NCBI GenBank assembly: GCA_951406725.2
Contig: OX597821.1
Location: forward strand, 105,214,001 to 105,278,000
Reading direction: 5' to 3'
Length of the DNA: 64,000 nucleotides
DNA from: Octopus vulgaris
Lineage: Eukaryota
Positions 1 through 12,635 of the stretch are shown piece after piece; position 1 is the stretch's first letter; each line of letters opens with the position of its first letter. Made by a program: the position numbers and the translations under genes. The notes below the pieces were generated by a model. The model was not told where the DNA came from, did not search any database, and saw only the letters and a list, made by a program, of their open reading frames with translations.

Positions 1-170
1 ACCTCCAGAATAACCAAACCAAACTTCAATTTGGTTTCCAGTTTCTAAGTTAATCGGAAACATAGTTTGCTGTGCTACTCAAAAACCTTCTCGGTAGTAC
101 AATTATTTCGTGAAAGAAATACCACCAAAGACACTTAAACCGTCCAGAGCATGGTTTGCGTTTGCTAGTG

Positions 171-173
<3 letters not shown>

Positions 174-218
<45 letters not shown>
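174..218. repeat. (TA)n microsatellite
   Basis: Direct reading. Confidence 0.95.
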
Positions 219-221
<3 letters not shown>

Positions 222-760
222 GTGCTATAAGGTGTTGCAAAATTTCGAGAATCTGTGTTTTATAATAAATCATTTCAAATCAACAAGTTGTGTGGTGTCG
301 ATATTGCAGTTATGTTAATACGAGCAATATAACACGTTTTATCCAATTCAATAATACTAATATCTAAGGCACACACAACTGCGCTCACTAGTGCGGTGTA
401 ATCACGTGATAAAAATAAGACTACTGAATTATAACAACAACAATAATAATAACAATAAAAACAACAGCAATAATACTAAGTGAGTTTATTTCACCAAAGA
501 TGAAATCAGTAGCAAAGCAAAATGCACTTGAACAATTGGCTCATATGAGGGAATACAACCTCTGCATGGCAAATATTCGGACCGTAGCAAACAATCTGAC
601 ACCATCCCCAGTCCTCAACGGGTGCTTAATTTATCGACCCCGAAAGGGTGAAATGCAGAGTTTGAACTTCGTACGTAGCAGCAGACCAAATAGCTATTTG
701 TTTACTACCCACAAGGTGCTAAACACAGAGGGGACAAACGAGGACAGACAAACGGATTAA

Positions 761-1897
761 GTGACCAACTTAAAAGTAATGGAAGAATTGGTGACGCGCA
801 TCCTCGATGATAGTGATGCTGTTGACATCGTTTTACTGGACTTTGCCAAAGCTTTTGACTCGGTAAACCACCGCCTATTACTTGTCAAGCTTCAAGCATA
901 TAGTTTCCATCCGGATATTGTACGATGGGTTGGTGCCTTCCTCTCAGATCGCTCCTTCCAAGTCCAAGTTAATGGTTCGCGGTCCGACGTCTCCAGTGCG
1001 AGCAGTGGCGTGCCTCAAGGTTCAGTGCTTGGGCCCTTGTTGTTCTTAGTCTTCATAAATGACTTGCCCGACGACCTCACGCAACACACCCTTCTATTTG
1101 CCGACGATATCAAACTGGTCGCTCCTCGCGGTAATATAGAGGGTCTTCGTCGATGCCTCCACCAAATTTGGAAGTGGTCTAACGATTGGGACCTGTGTCT
1201 GAACGTGTCAAAGTGCTGTCATCTGCCTGTCGGCTCTACTCCTGCAACTCAACTTGATTTCGAGCCGGGTCGTCTGCTGCTGGAGAGGACCGATCAGGTA
1301 AAGGACCTAGGTATCTTGGTGGATTCCTCCTTTTCGCCTTCGGCCCAGTGCGTCCATGCTGCCAACAAAGCACGCGGAATTCTGTACTTGATTCGACGGT
1401 CATTCGAAATGCTCACAGAAGCCATATTCCTACCACTCTATGTCACGCTGGTGAGACCCATATTGGAGTATGTGATTCAAGCCTCTTCTCCTTATCTCCT
1501 CAAAGACATACAGCATCTCGAAAGAGTCCAGAAGCTGGCTACCCGCATGGTTCATGGTCTCAAAAATTTGTCCTACGAAGAAAGGCTGAGGACGCTCGAC
1601 CTTTATTCTCTTGAAAAACGCCGCCGCCGTAGTGATCTTATTCTCGCCCACAACATCATAAGCGGAAAGTGTAACCTCTCGAAAGAGCTGTTCTTCACTC
1701 CTGCTCCAGAGCGTCGGCTGCGGGGTCATTCCGAAAAGCTCTACCTGCGACGATTTCAACTCAATCGAAGGAGAAGAGCTTTCTCCGTCCGGGTTGCGGA
1801 TCCGTGGAACAAGCTGCCAGACGAGATGGTGAAGATGCCGACGACCGCTTTGTTCAAAGCCTCCCTGGACCTCAAGTGGCCTGAACTCTTTACATGA
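761..1897 (+). CDS. LINE ORF2 reverse transcriptase plus C-terminal region (no true start; 5'-truncated)
   Basis: Uninterrupted 378-codon frame with DFAKAFDSV, SGVPQGSVLGPLLFLVFINDL and LFADD motifs, and a CR1-type C-terminus (LRGHSEKL...FSVRVADPWNKLP). Confidence 0.9.
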   Translation: MTNLKVMEELVTRILDDSDAVDIVLLDFAKAFDSVNHRLLLVKLQAYSFHPDIVRWVGAFLSDRSFQVQVNGSRSDVSSASSGVPQGSVLGPLLFLVFINDLPDDLTQHTLLFADDIKLVAPRGNIEGLRRCLHQIWKWSNDWDLCLNVSKCCHLPVGSTPATQLDFEPGRLLLERTDQVKDLGILVDSSFSPSAQCVHAANKARGILYLIRRSFEMLTEAIFLPLYVTLVRPILEYVIQASSPYLLKDIQHLERVQKLATRMVHGLKNLSYEERLRTLDLYSLEKRRRRSDLILAHNIISGKCNLSKELFFTPAPERRLRGHSEKLYLRRFQLNRRRRAFSVRVADPWNKLPDEMVKMPTTALFKASLDLKWPELFT

Positions 1898-1981
1898 ACA
1901 CCACCCTGTACTTAACTCCATGTCCCCCTACATGGCCTTGCTATTTGCTTTTGAGCCAAATTAACTAACTAACTAACTAAC
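763..1981 (+). mobile_element. 5'-truncated CR1/Jockey-group LINE with short 3' UTR and (CTAA)n tail
   Basis: RT ORF followed by ~60-bp 3' UTR and a (CTAA)n tail at ~1963-1981. AAGT is duplicated at 759-762 and 1982-1985. The element splits a SINE at GGATTAAGT|CGATT. Confidence 0.93.
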
Positions 1982-3185
1982 AAGTCGATTACAGCGACTC
2001 AGTGCGTAACTGGTACTTAATTTATCGACCCCGAAAGGATGAAAGGCAAAGTCGACCTCGGTGGAATTTGAACTCAGAACGTAACGGCAGTCGAAATCCG
2101 GCTACACATTTCGCCCGGCGTGCTAAAGTTTCTGTCAGCTCGCCGCCCTTCAGCAGTCCAAATACCACTAAGCATTTCGCCCGTAGTTGGTTCCCAATTC
2201 TTCGTTTAGAGTAAAGGGAATAATACCAGCTGGCGTTTCGTTCTCCGTCATACTCGTAACTATACAATATGTAACGGGTACTTGGCTTAAAGAATTTCAA
2301 TATTACCGTAGCAAATACACAATCATACGTATTCGAAGATAGATTTTATTTATTGTATTCTGTATTACTTTACCTGTCGGTGCCTGCATAATTTCTATTT
2401 AAAATTATATTTTGAGATAGGAACAATTTTACAAAGAATCACCAACTCACATATACTATATATTGATCAAAACCATGCACGCACACACACACAAACACAC
2501 ACACACACACACACACGAGTGCGCGTATTGAAATATATTATTGAAACGCGGAAGAGTATAAAAACTAGGTAAACAAACATAAGCTGTTTGTAATTAATAT
2601 AAGATCTGTGCAGGAATGTTAATTTTCTGAGTACATATTTTCGGAAATATTTGTTGCATATTATAATGTAATTTTAATCGGACGTTTGTTTATTTTCTTC
2701 ATAAATCCATTGTTCTAAACTGAAATTTTATTCATAAGCCATAAGGTATATTATGGTTGATAAATTTATCTATTAGCCTACCTCTTTAATGTATCTTTAT
2801 TTGTTGATCCCTTGAGTGTGATCAGCAGTGAATATAAATAAACGTCTACATTTCTTATGTTTTAATTCTTATGGTGTTGAAGACAAGTGGTAATTATTCG
2901 TATACTTAGCAACATATTAAAGTTAATATCAGCATATTACGAACATTATTCCTTTTTTATGCCAGCAATTTGAAATGAAAACAAACTAATATTTGAAGAA
3001 TTGCATATATTTCAGATTATAATTCCAGAAAATGTTTGGATATATATTGCATTGACAAAAATATGAGACATGTTGCACTTAAATATTTTATTCGTGTTTT
3101 CAGATTTTTCGGTACAAATGAGAATAAACATAACACAATATACTGCTCAAATACCACTACGATTCTGTTAATACAGCGAAGTAAA

Positions 3186-3348
3186 ACTACTAGTGACCTA
3201 AGGTAACACCTCTTATTTTTCGAGCACCTTCCGAAGTATTGGGGCGGTTCCAAGCAATACTGTTTTCTGCAAGTGCTCCACCCTTATTACAGCCCTTTTT
3301 TTGTTCCACTTACCTCTCAAGATTTTTGCTCACTATTTCCAGGGCTCC
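3186..3348 (-). mobile_element. 3' end of Dong/R4-like (RLE) LINE, same family as 18515-20400
   Basis: Reverse complement aligns to 19979-20140 (GGAGCCCTGG...GGGTGGAGCACTTGCAGAAAACAG...CTCGAAAAA); encodes VEHLQKTVLLGTAPILRKVLE. Confidence 0.8.
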
Positions 3349-3899
3349 CTCAAACATATAAAACATTATTGCAATATTTGTTACGTAGTTTCCATTTCAT
3401 CAAAGAGTCCTTAATAACCCTTTGAAAATACCAATGAAATCTACACTGAAGCTCCTACCAATATATTTCATAAAATGATAATCATTTATCTGACAGTTGT
3501 CTGAGTGGCCATGGCTAAAACGCGTTAGTAATGGTCATAAAACGATTTTTGTCAAAAGGAAGTCAGAAATTCAATAACTATATATTTGCTGAAAAGTGGA
3601 GACATCTCATTTAACAGAATGCAATGGCTAAAAACTTGGAAATGACTAAAGTAACCATAAGTTTCAACTTAAAAATAACACACAATTGTCGCTCCAAGTA
3701 TCGATGCCTCAGGGGTAGTATTGTGGCGGATATTATTAATTTCGAAGATTGGTATTAACACAAAATCAACACTCGATTTCTTGAATAGATTGGTTTATTA
3801 GGATAGCTACGGTCTGCATACGTAACTCGGTTAGCCAACTGACTGTATTCTTGAAAGTTACAATTACGTATTAGGTATATATTTTGTTATTAGGTAGAG

Positions 3900-4050
3900 A
3901 TTTTGTTATTAATTGTGGCTTGGGCGTGTTGCTACCTGTAACCTTAGGTATCCACAAGTTTTCAGCAGCCTCTGAAGTGCTTAGATCCCTTCTGATAATT
4001 CTAGCTGTCCCTACAAAACAAATTTTCTGCAGGAACTCTGCCTGGCATTC
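3900..4050 (-). mobile_element. 3' remnant of a second RLE-type (Dong/R4-like) LINE
   Basis: Minus frame reads EFLQKICFVGTARIIRR, the typical C-terminal LQKxxxxGTARI motif of RLE LINEs. Confidence 0.6.
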
Positions 4051-4340
4051 TATTTCAATAATCATCATCATCATCATTAGTATTGTTAGTATTATTATAG
4101 TTATTGTTGTTGTTGTTATTATTATTAACATTAATATTAGTAGTAGTATTAGTTTGGTATCATCATCAAACTTCTCGTCCTCATTAGAGCAGCATATATC
4201 ACAAATATGACTCTAGGGTACACATATGGGAAATCCAGTTTTCCCAGCGGAACTACCCATCCTCTGAAGGTACACTATGCGCATGCTTCACGACCATATA
4301 TGCGAGAAACGCTGACCTCATTTTCAGATAACCAATGCAC

Positions 4341-4364
4341 AACACACACACACAACACGCACAG

Positions 4365-4438
<74 letters not shown>
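4341..4438. repeat. (CA)n(TA)n compound microsatellite
   Basis: Direct reading. Confidence 0.95.
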
Positions 4439-4439
4439 G

Positions 4440-4661
4440 CAAGGTTATGCAAAACAAATGAACCGATTTCATTATGCGATATTTTAATAAGGAAAAGCAA
4501 TAGAAGACTCCAGCTAACTCACAAGTATTTACTCACAAACAACTTTATTTTCTGTTTTACAAGTGGTCAATGTGGCCACCACCTGCAGCACTGGTAACAT
4601 CAATGCGATAAGAGAATGCCTCCCAGACGTGTATCAGCATATCACGATCCACTGAGTTGTT
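4440..4661 (-). mobile_element. Tc1/mariner-superfamily transposase C-terminal remnant with 3' flank
   Basis: Minus 4661-4557 translates NNSVDRDMLIHVWEAFSYRIDVTSAAGGGHIDHL*, which resembles the xxMLxxVW...GGHIEHL* terminus of Tc1/mariner transposases. Confidence 0.7.
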
Positions 4662-5282
4662 TAAGGACATCGAAGCTAGCGGGGGAACATAACACGATCT
4701 TCTACATATCCCCACAAGATAAAATCACACAACCTAACATTAGCTTACCTAGCATGAATTTTTATTCAAACGTGAGTCCTTTATATACATCATCTCCACT
4801 CTTTAACTCATTCTCATCCCTATATTTCTTCCGCAATTTGTTTACGTTAACTATCTAGTATTAGCTTCTAATATACAACTTCCTGAAGCTAAATTTCATT
4901 CTTAAGTATAGAATTTTAGGAATACACTATACTACGTACTGATATCAACGTTTAGTTGTAATATTAATTTAAATTCAGGATTGGCTGCCCATTGGACATT
5001 TCTAATACTTATTTGCCCTACACTACTTATATGGAGCTATAATTCTAATTTCCATACTCATCTATAGAGGAAACGTCTCCGATACCTCTTTGCTTATATC
5101 TTCAAATAACCGTTGCAGCCCTTATTATGCTTAAATATTCGACATGACTCCCACCCGTTCCTCACTCGGATACCAATATAAATAGCCTAGATCCAATTTT
5201 TCTGCTATATTTCTTTTTAAAGTTCCTTGTATTACGGTTTCTTTCTTCAATTAATTTAATTTAATTCAAACTTGAATATATA

Positions 5283-5284
<2 letters not shown>

Positions 5285-5360
<76 letters not shown>
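5285..5360. repeat. (ATT)n microsatellite
   Basis: Direct reading. Confidence 0.95.
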
Positions 5361-5362
<2 letters not shown>

Positions 5363-5538
5363 ACTATGAACGAATCTATCGTCTGCAATAATTAATCTTC
5401 TTATACATTTTAACAACTTGTTTCCTCCATTTGTAATAAATCTGATGGGATTTGTAGAATTTCCTTCCATAAATTCACCATATATTATATATGTATATGT
5501 ATATATATGTATGTACACACACGCACACACACACACAC

Positions 5539-5616
<78 letters not shown>

Positions 5617-5779
5617 TGGACAAAATAATGGAAATACGTAGCCTCATAGCATCATAATTTTGAAATAATTATGACGGTTATAAAACCGTCAAAATCTTGC
5701 TTATGTTTTAGGTTTTTTTAAAAAAATTATTATTAGTGTTGCTTAAAATGTTTTGCTAAAATTGCTGTTTCGTGCCAGA

Positions 5780-6367
5780 TATCATCACAAAAGGTTGATT
5801 AAAATTCATTAAAATGTCAGATCTATCGGAAATTTCAAAGATGTCAAATTGTTGGTGCTCGTATGGCAGGCTTCAGTGTTGTTGCTGAGTGTACTTGGAC
5901 TTGTGTTAGGAGATTTTCATATATCTGGGTTGTCTTTTGCTCCTCATGACAGTGTGCATTTGGAGGATTAAATTCATTGTGCGGTACTTTTTAGTAGAAG
6001 AATATTTTGGTGGATGATACCGAAGGCTTCAATAGTAAGGGGCTTGTGTGTGGAGATGTATGGCAGGGTTTTGGTTGTAAATCCTTCATTTGTTTGAGAT
6101 GTTCGAGTTCGTGGATGTTGAGTTGTAGGGCATGATGGGAGCCTATATCAATTAGTTATGGTGGGTAGTTTATGGTAATGAATATATCCTTTAGTTCATG
6201 TAGTCGTGTTTCCCTGATGTTTGTATTAGAAACTATAGTACAAATCCCTTTTGCTAGGCTGAAGGCGATATTCATTCTAGTGTGTCTGAGGCGGCATGTG
6301 TTGAACGGTAGATATTGCTTGGAGTCGCTGGGCTTATAGTATATATCTGCTTCTATTTTGCTGTTGG
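5780..6367 (-). mobile_element. Penelope-like element (PLE) RT thumb/linker remnant
   Basis: Minus frame reads KIEADIYYKPSDSKQYLPFNTCRLRHTRMNIAFSLAKGICTIVS...RLHELKDIFITINYPP*LI, then LPYISTHKP. This matches the PLE motif DxYxKPTDxxxYL..SxHP.....IPxSLxxR; stops are present. Confidence 0.85.
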
Positions 6368-6726
6368 AATTCGTAACTAAATGCGAGAATTCACATCACT
6401 CATACCAAATAATCTTTTAGATCTACTCAGCCTGCAGAAAAGTAAGACAGCAAGCGAGCAAGAGAGAGAGAGAGAGAAAGAGAGAGAGAGTGAGAGAGAC
6501 AGACAGACAAAGAAAAAGAGAAGAATAAAAAGGAAAATGTCCCATGTATTCGAAAACTATGGAAATATATTTTTTAAAAATCCTTTCATTTAATTTTTCC
6601 ACAATTTAATTGTTTTTCATGCTGTACACCAAGTTGAAAAAGTCGCAAAGATTGAATCCAGTTCTAAAACGTTCTCCATGATAAAATTATTTTAGCATTT
6701 TCTACTTTTCTATCTTGTCCTATTTT

Positions 6727-6729
<3 letters not shown>

Positions 6730-6777
<48 letters not shown>

Positions 6778-6901
6778 TATATTTTATTTATTACACTATT
6801 GTATGACTGAGCGCCTTCGCGTCGATTCGATTCGATTCGTTCCGTTTCGTTTCGTTTCTTCTTCCTCTCCCAATACAGTTTTTATATATGTATATATATA
6901 T

Positions 6902-6960
<59 letters not shown>
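6730..6960. repeat. (TA)n, (GATTC/GTTTC)n and (AGAT)n microsatellite cluster
   Basis: TA at 6730-6774, pentamer at ~6823-6858, AGAT at 6903-6960. Confidence 0.9.
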
Positions 6961-8074
6961 CACCTACATATACACGCACATACAAATACATCGATCCATA
7001 AATTCATATATACATAACCTACTGTCATTATGGTGTATTTTGATGAGTAAGAAAAATGATAAGTATATTAGATTACTGCAATTGAGGTTCATTACATAAA
7101 AGAATAATGCAGAAAATGCAATTTGCAGTTGTATACAGGATGACAATCATATTTATATTAGTATTTCCTGTTCACCTCGCAAAGTATAAAGTTAATATTG
7201 AATATGTCATCTATCTTTCTCGAGTTCATTTCCGTGTCTTCATCAAAGTCGGGAGTGAAGATAAGGTGGATTTCATAATTTTCACTAAGACATCAGAAAA
7301 TAATAATAACAATAACAATAATAATAATGGTAATAATCTCCATGTGAAGTTGTGTATTTAAATAAATATAGCGAATGGGAGAGATTCAGTTTCTACGTAC
7401 ACGCATATATGGAATATTGTTTTTTTACATGTAGGCGTAGCAATACAATTATATATAAATATGTGTTGTTATCATTTACAGTTACATCCCCACACATATA
7501 CACGCACAGACGCACAGATACAAACACACATATACCCACACATATATTCATATATATATATATGTATATATATGTGTGTGCATCTATTTATCTATATAAA
7601 TATATATATATAGTATATATATATATATATATATATGTGTATCTGTGTGTGTGTGCAATCATAGACACATATATTTGCGTGTCTTTGCGTTTGTCTGTAT
7701 ATGTAAATGGTTATATCGGTTGAGATATGCAAGGTAAATATTTATCATGGATTCAAAATTAAATTTATGTATATGTTTTCTACTTTTTGATATAAAATCA
7801 GATAACTTTTGTTTATTTTATGTGTGTTTCCCTTCTTTATTATCAAAGTGATATATCTGGTGAGAAAATCCTTCAGAACATCAAATGAAAATTTGAAGTA
7901 TACTGAAATATTTTTCAATAATATTGAGTTAATTTTAGAAAAATCAAAAAAGGTGTTATATATTTCACTGTGTACTACCTCTCTGATTTTTATCCACCAA
8001 GCCCTCTCTCAGCTGTATCTCTGCTTCTCAATCTTTATGTGTGTGTGTGTGTGTGTGTATATATATGAATCTCA

Positions 8075-8175
8075 ATGGAGACATATACTGCTCAAAGTGC
8101 CATGCATTGAGACTGAGACCGGAACCAAATAGTTTGTAACCAAGCTACTTACCACACACCAAATCATCGACCTAT
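8075..8175 (-). mobile_element. SINE B head fragment, head-to-head with the 8187 copy
   Basis: Reverse complement gives GTGTGGTAAGTAGCTTGGTTACAAAC...GGTTCCGG...GCATGGCAC. Confidence 0.7.
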
Positions 8176-8186
8176 ATGTATATATA

Positions 8187-8569
8187 GGCGGAGAATTGGC
8201 TGTGCGCTAAGTAGCTTGCTTACCAACCACACGGTTCCGGGTTCAGTTTCGCTGCATGGCACCTTGGGCAAGTGTTTTCTATTATAGCCTCAGGCCGACC
8301 GAAGCCTTGCGAAAGATGTCATGGTAGATATGTATATGCATTTGTGTTTGTGGTGGGGTATGTATGTTTGTGTGTTTGTGTTTGTCTTCCACAATCGCTT
8401 GACAACCGATGTTTGTGTGTTTGCATCCCCGTAACTTAGCAGTTCGGCAACAGAGGTCGAAATATTAAGTATTAGGTTTACAAAGTATAAGTCATGGGGT
8501 CGATTTGTTTGACTAAAGGCGGTGGTACAGAATGGCTGCTGTCAAATAACTGAAACATATAAAAGAATA
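8187..8569 (+). mobile_element. tRNA-derived SINE family B, near full length
   Basis: Pol III A/B-box-like head (TGGCTGTGCGCTAAG...GGGTTCAGTT), CACCTTGGGCAAGTG core, internal TG tract, tail GACTAAAGGCGGTG...CTGAAAC. Homologous to 10571, 14110, 24925 and 49080. Confidence 0.85.
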
Positions 8570-8599
8570 TATATATATATATATATAGGAATGTATGTA

Positions 8600-8932
8600 C
8601 AGGGTGCGGTGAAGGAATTGACTTTCAAATTACGCAAATATGAAAATAATACTGACGTCTCATTTTAACAGATATCTTTACCAAAATTACATAAAAACAT
8701 CTTCAAATACAAGAGAGTAAATGTATTCAATAAAAGCGCCATTGGTTTCAACAACGCCTTCGGGCGCCTCGTTCAAGTTGGGTTTCTTGCTTAACTGCAC
8801 CACACCCATAATAACCAAGGTGGTTGCTGTCTGAGAAGTTGTGTGGTCAAATACTAGTGATGCTGTGTTCGCAGAAATTATCTGACAGCGATGACTGGTT
8901 TTTCCTGCTTGTGTGATAAGCAGAGAACTTTG
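8600..8932 (-). mobile_element. Tc1/mariner (maT/DD37D-like) 3' remnant with terminal TA|CAGGGTG
   Basis: TA at 8598-8599 is followed by CAGGGTG. The minus strand gives decayed SAxxHTSRKTQS.LSDNF, WPxNSxDxNxLxYY and EGVVETNGAFIE-like peptides. Confidence 0.7.
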
Positions 8933-8934
8933 CT

Positions 8935-9050
8935 TTTTATTCTTTCGGAGTGGATTGAATTAAGTACCAGTTTCGTACTGGGGTCATCCTATTCTACCGG
9001 TACCCCCCTCTGCCAAACATACGGGCATTGTGACTAGATTAGAAAAGAAT
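8935..9050 (+). mobile_element. SINE A 3' fragment
   Basis: TCTTTCGGAGTGGATTGAATTAAGTACCAG...CTGGGGTC matches the SINE A core and tail. Confidence 0.65.
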
Positions 9051-9286
9051 AAATTTGTGCTCTACCAAATATATTGGTTAAACATTCAATTTTGATGTAA
9101 AACACTTTTTATTATGCCATAAAAACACACACACACACACATACACATATGAATGTATGTGTATACACACATATACATTCATACATGAACACAAACATAT
9201 ACACATACATACATGCCCCCTCACACATATCAATGTATTTCTATTTCTATAAGTATGGATATATATATATATATATATTTATGTAT

Positions 9287-9356
<70 letters not shown>

Positions 9357-9899
9357 ACGATATTATTTCGAAAATTAACGTTACAGGACGCGAGCGGAAA
9401 GCCCCGTACGGTAGTAGAGGCAAATTATTAATTATATATAAGATATATATATAAGATATATAATTAGCTATATACTTCTAAGTGTGTATGTACGTGGGTG
9501 TGCTTGTGTGTATACCTGTGAGTTTGTGTGTGTGTATGTGTGTGTGCGTGCGTGTTGATGAGTAACTGTGAACAAATATATGTGTATAAATATTGTCATG
9601 CAGCCATACTCAATTATGATTTCCTCTTCCCTGAGACTCGCTGTCAATGACAATTCTGACCTCCCGTTTAAGACCTCATGGATCTCTATTCAGCCCCGTT
9701 TCAAGCCTGCCTCTTTTGAAGCGATTGTAGCTGTTACGAAATCAAAGCATTAGGATTCCTTGCATACGGCGCTCTCCTCCAAAAGTTTTACTATGTTCCC
9801 TAATACGCCCATTTTAATAATAATTATTGTTGGTGTAATCATTTGAAATATTTTACCTTTATAAATAGTGATTTTATATTTACTTAGTGTTTTTCTTTG

Positions 9900-10370
9900 T
9901 GGAATCGCAATGGTTAGGACAGCGGACTCGCGGTCGTAGGATCGCTGTTTCGATTCCCAGACCGGGCATTGTTAGTGTTTGTTGAGTGAAAACACATCTA
10001 GCTCCACGAGGCCCGTCAGGGTGTGGTGGTGAAATCTGCTGTACTCTTTCATCACAACTTTCTCTCACTCTTTCTTCCTGCTTCTGTTCCACCTGTATTT
10101 CAAAGGGCCAGCATTGTCACACTCTGTGTCACGCTGAATCTCCCCGAGGACTACGGTAAGGGCACACGTATCTGTGGAGTGCTCAGCCACTTGCACGTTA
10201 ATAAATCAGCTGCAACGTCACTGGTGCCAAGCTGTATCGGCCTTTGCCTTTCCCTTGGATAACATCGGTGGCGTGGAGAGGGGACACCAGCATGCCTGGG
10301 GAACTGCTGGTCTTCCATAAGCAACATTGCCCCGACGTGTGCCCATGGTCATTCATGACCGAAGGTGGTC
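9900..10370 (+). mobile_element. tRNA-derived SINE family D head fused to SINE C-type body modules
   Basis: Head GGTTAGGACAGCGGACTCGCGG...TTTCGATTCC matches 53540-53656 (-). 10092-10200 matches 16045-16160 and 48220-48330. 10208-10370 matches 14420-14610. Confidence 0.8.
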
Positions 10371-10570
10371 ACAATTGTTTTTTTCTTTATACAAGTATTT
10401 TTTTCCCAGATCATTAATAAACTTAGACTTCCTGGCAAGCACGACTTCAGTCGTAAATACCTGCTGCATGTGAACAGTTGCATATGACTAACAAAGAGTT
10501 AGTTTAATTACAGTCCCATCTTTAGTTCTGCAATGCTTCATCTTGCAAATATTTCTGCGTACATATTATT

Positions 10571-10990
10571 GGCGCTTGCGTGGCTATATGGCAAGAAGCT
10601 TGCCTCCCAACTGCATACCTCAGGGTTCGGTTCCACAACAGCCTGGGACCGACCAAATCCTTGTGGATTGGTTTGGTTGATGGAAACTGAAGAGCCCCGT
10701 CCTATATATTATATGTTAGTGTGTGTGCGTGTGTGCCCTCACGTGCGTATGTATGTATGTATGTATGTGTGTGTGTATCTTTGGGTCTGTATTTGTACCC
10801 AACCACAGCTTGACGACCGGTGTTGGAATGTTTACGTTCGTGTGAACTAGCGGCTCGGCAAAAGTGAACAATAGAATAAGTACTAGGCTTTAACAATATA
10901 AATCTTGTGCTCGATTTGTTCTACTAAAGACATTTTAAGGTGATGCCCCAGCATGGCCACAGCTTTGAGCTGAAACTGATAAGAAATAAA
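10571..10990 (+). mobile_element. SINE family B, diverged
   Basis: Same module order as the 8187 and 24925 copies, including AATAAGTACTAGGCTT and CCAGCATGGCC. Confidence 0.8.
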
Positions 10991-12194
10991 AAAAATAGAA
11001 ATGATTACTCCAATCTCATTTTGAAAACGTTGGGCGCATAGATTTTGCATATCATAAAATCCAACTTTTGTCTGATCTGTATCTCTGCCTCTTAAATTCT
11101 CAGATTGTTCTTCAGTTCTCTTTGCATATCATGGCCCACTCGCTCTCAGTCTCCCATTCTCTCATTCTCCCTGTCATTCTGGATATCTCTTCATTTTCCT
11201 TTTCACTCACCGAGGACTGGATTATTTACAATTGCTTTGTGTATAGGGAAGACATATTGTTCTAGAATAACGTTCCGTGTTACTGAAATAATTCAATTGT
11301 TTATACATCCTGAGATTTATCATTGTTTATACATTGTTTAGTGACAAATAAAATCTTATGTGATATGTAATTATGTATAGAAACTTGGGTAAACTACGCA
11401 ATATTCACTCACCAGCATGCCGAAATTACTTTCAATGTGATTGCATCATCCACATTATGACACATTAATAATTTTTCGCTCTCTACTTACATATTACTGA
11501 TGTGTTAATCTAAATAAGTTATGTTTATTTTACAATGTAACGTAAACTTATGTTAGCTAATTTGTCCAAGAAAAAAAAAAAGGTTTCCTTGACTCAAATA
11601 TAATTGCATATGGAATACTCCATCAACTTCTTCAGAGTCGTTTTGGCAGCAACTTACCATATACTGCACAGAATCAATAATGATGCACCTGCTTTAATTT
11701 AATTACATATTTCCACGCTCCTACGGAAATAGTTTTCAGTGAAAGGTATGTTATGTAGAAATACCGACACGAGTGTTGTTCCTGCAGGCCAATTGAAGCA
11801 GCTTTAATCTTGTCTAATTTAACAAGCCTCACTGAATACAGCGTAATGTTCTCGTACATTCAATGCAACACAATAAATGGTACACCTAACATTATTCGAC
11901 ATAGTAAAACTTTAGCAAACGTGTTTCTAACGTAATTACGTTGTATTTACCACATGTAAGTTATAATTGTGTCGAAATAACAATGAAATGTAGACGCACC
12001 TACAGACACAATGTAAAAGTAGTTACTTTAAATTTACAGAATGACAGTATAGCACAAAGGTTTTGGTAAATCAATTATTTAAACTAATTAATATAACTAC
12101 AACTTTAGTAAATTCTAAACTTGAACTGCTTTTATCGCGATAACATAAAAGAAGATCAACATAACTATGTTGAAATACGTGATGGGCTGTACGA

Positions 12195-12279
<85 letters not shown>

Positions 12280-12542
12280 TTTAGTCATTTGTCTGCAGCC
12301 ATGCCAAAACACGGCATTGTAGGCTGGTCTCGAACAAATCAGGCCTGCTATGCATCTAAAGTTTCTTAATCTCCTGGTTTCTTTTTTCTTCCCTGGTTCT
12401 TCACTCGATACGCTTATAAATGGATTACAAGTGGAAGCGGGGAAATAATATGAAATATATGTCCAGTGTATTGCATTGCGGGAATGAACCGGAGACCACG
12501 TTATAGCGTAGCTAACGCAACCACGCCACCGTGCCTAAGCTG

Positions 12543-12632
<90 letters not shown>
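12543..12632. repeat. (TA)n(TG)n microsatellite
   Basis: Direct reading. Confidence 0.95.

Positions 12633-12635
<3 letters not shown>

Larger units (their letters stand above)
600..2147 (-). mobile_element. SINE family A copy (dimeric form) split by the CR1 insertion
   Basis: 690-762 and 1982-2147 rejoin into a sequence matching the copies at 26915-27145, 30961-31190 and 50852-51080 (GGATTAAGTCGATT...CGACCCCGAAAGGATGAAAGGCAAAGTCGACCTCGG). Confidence 0.88.

Noticed and set aside
380-410. Short palindromes CACTAGTG and ATCACGTGAT (E-box)
   Set aside because: Too short to distinguish from chance without supporting context.
1348-1921. Overlapping 88-aa and antisense 163-aa ORFs within the LINE
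   Set aside because: Shadow frames of the RT ORF with no recognisable motifs.
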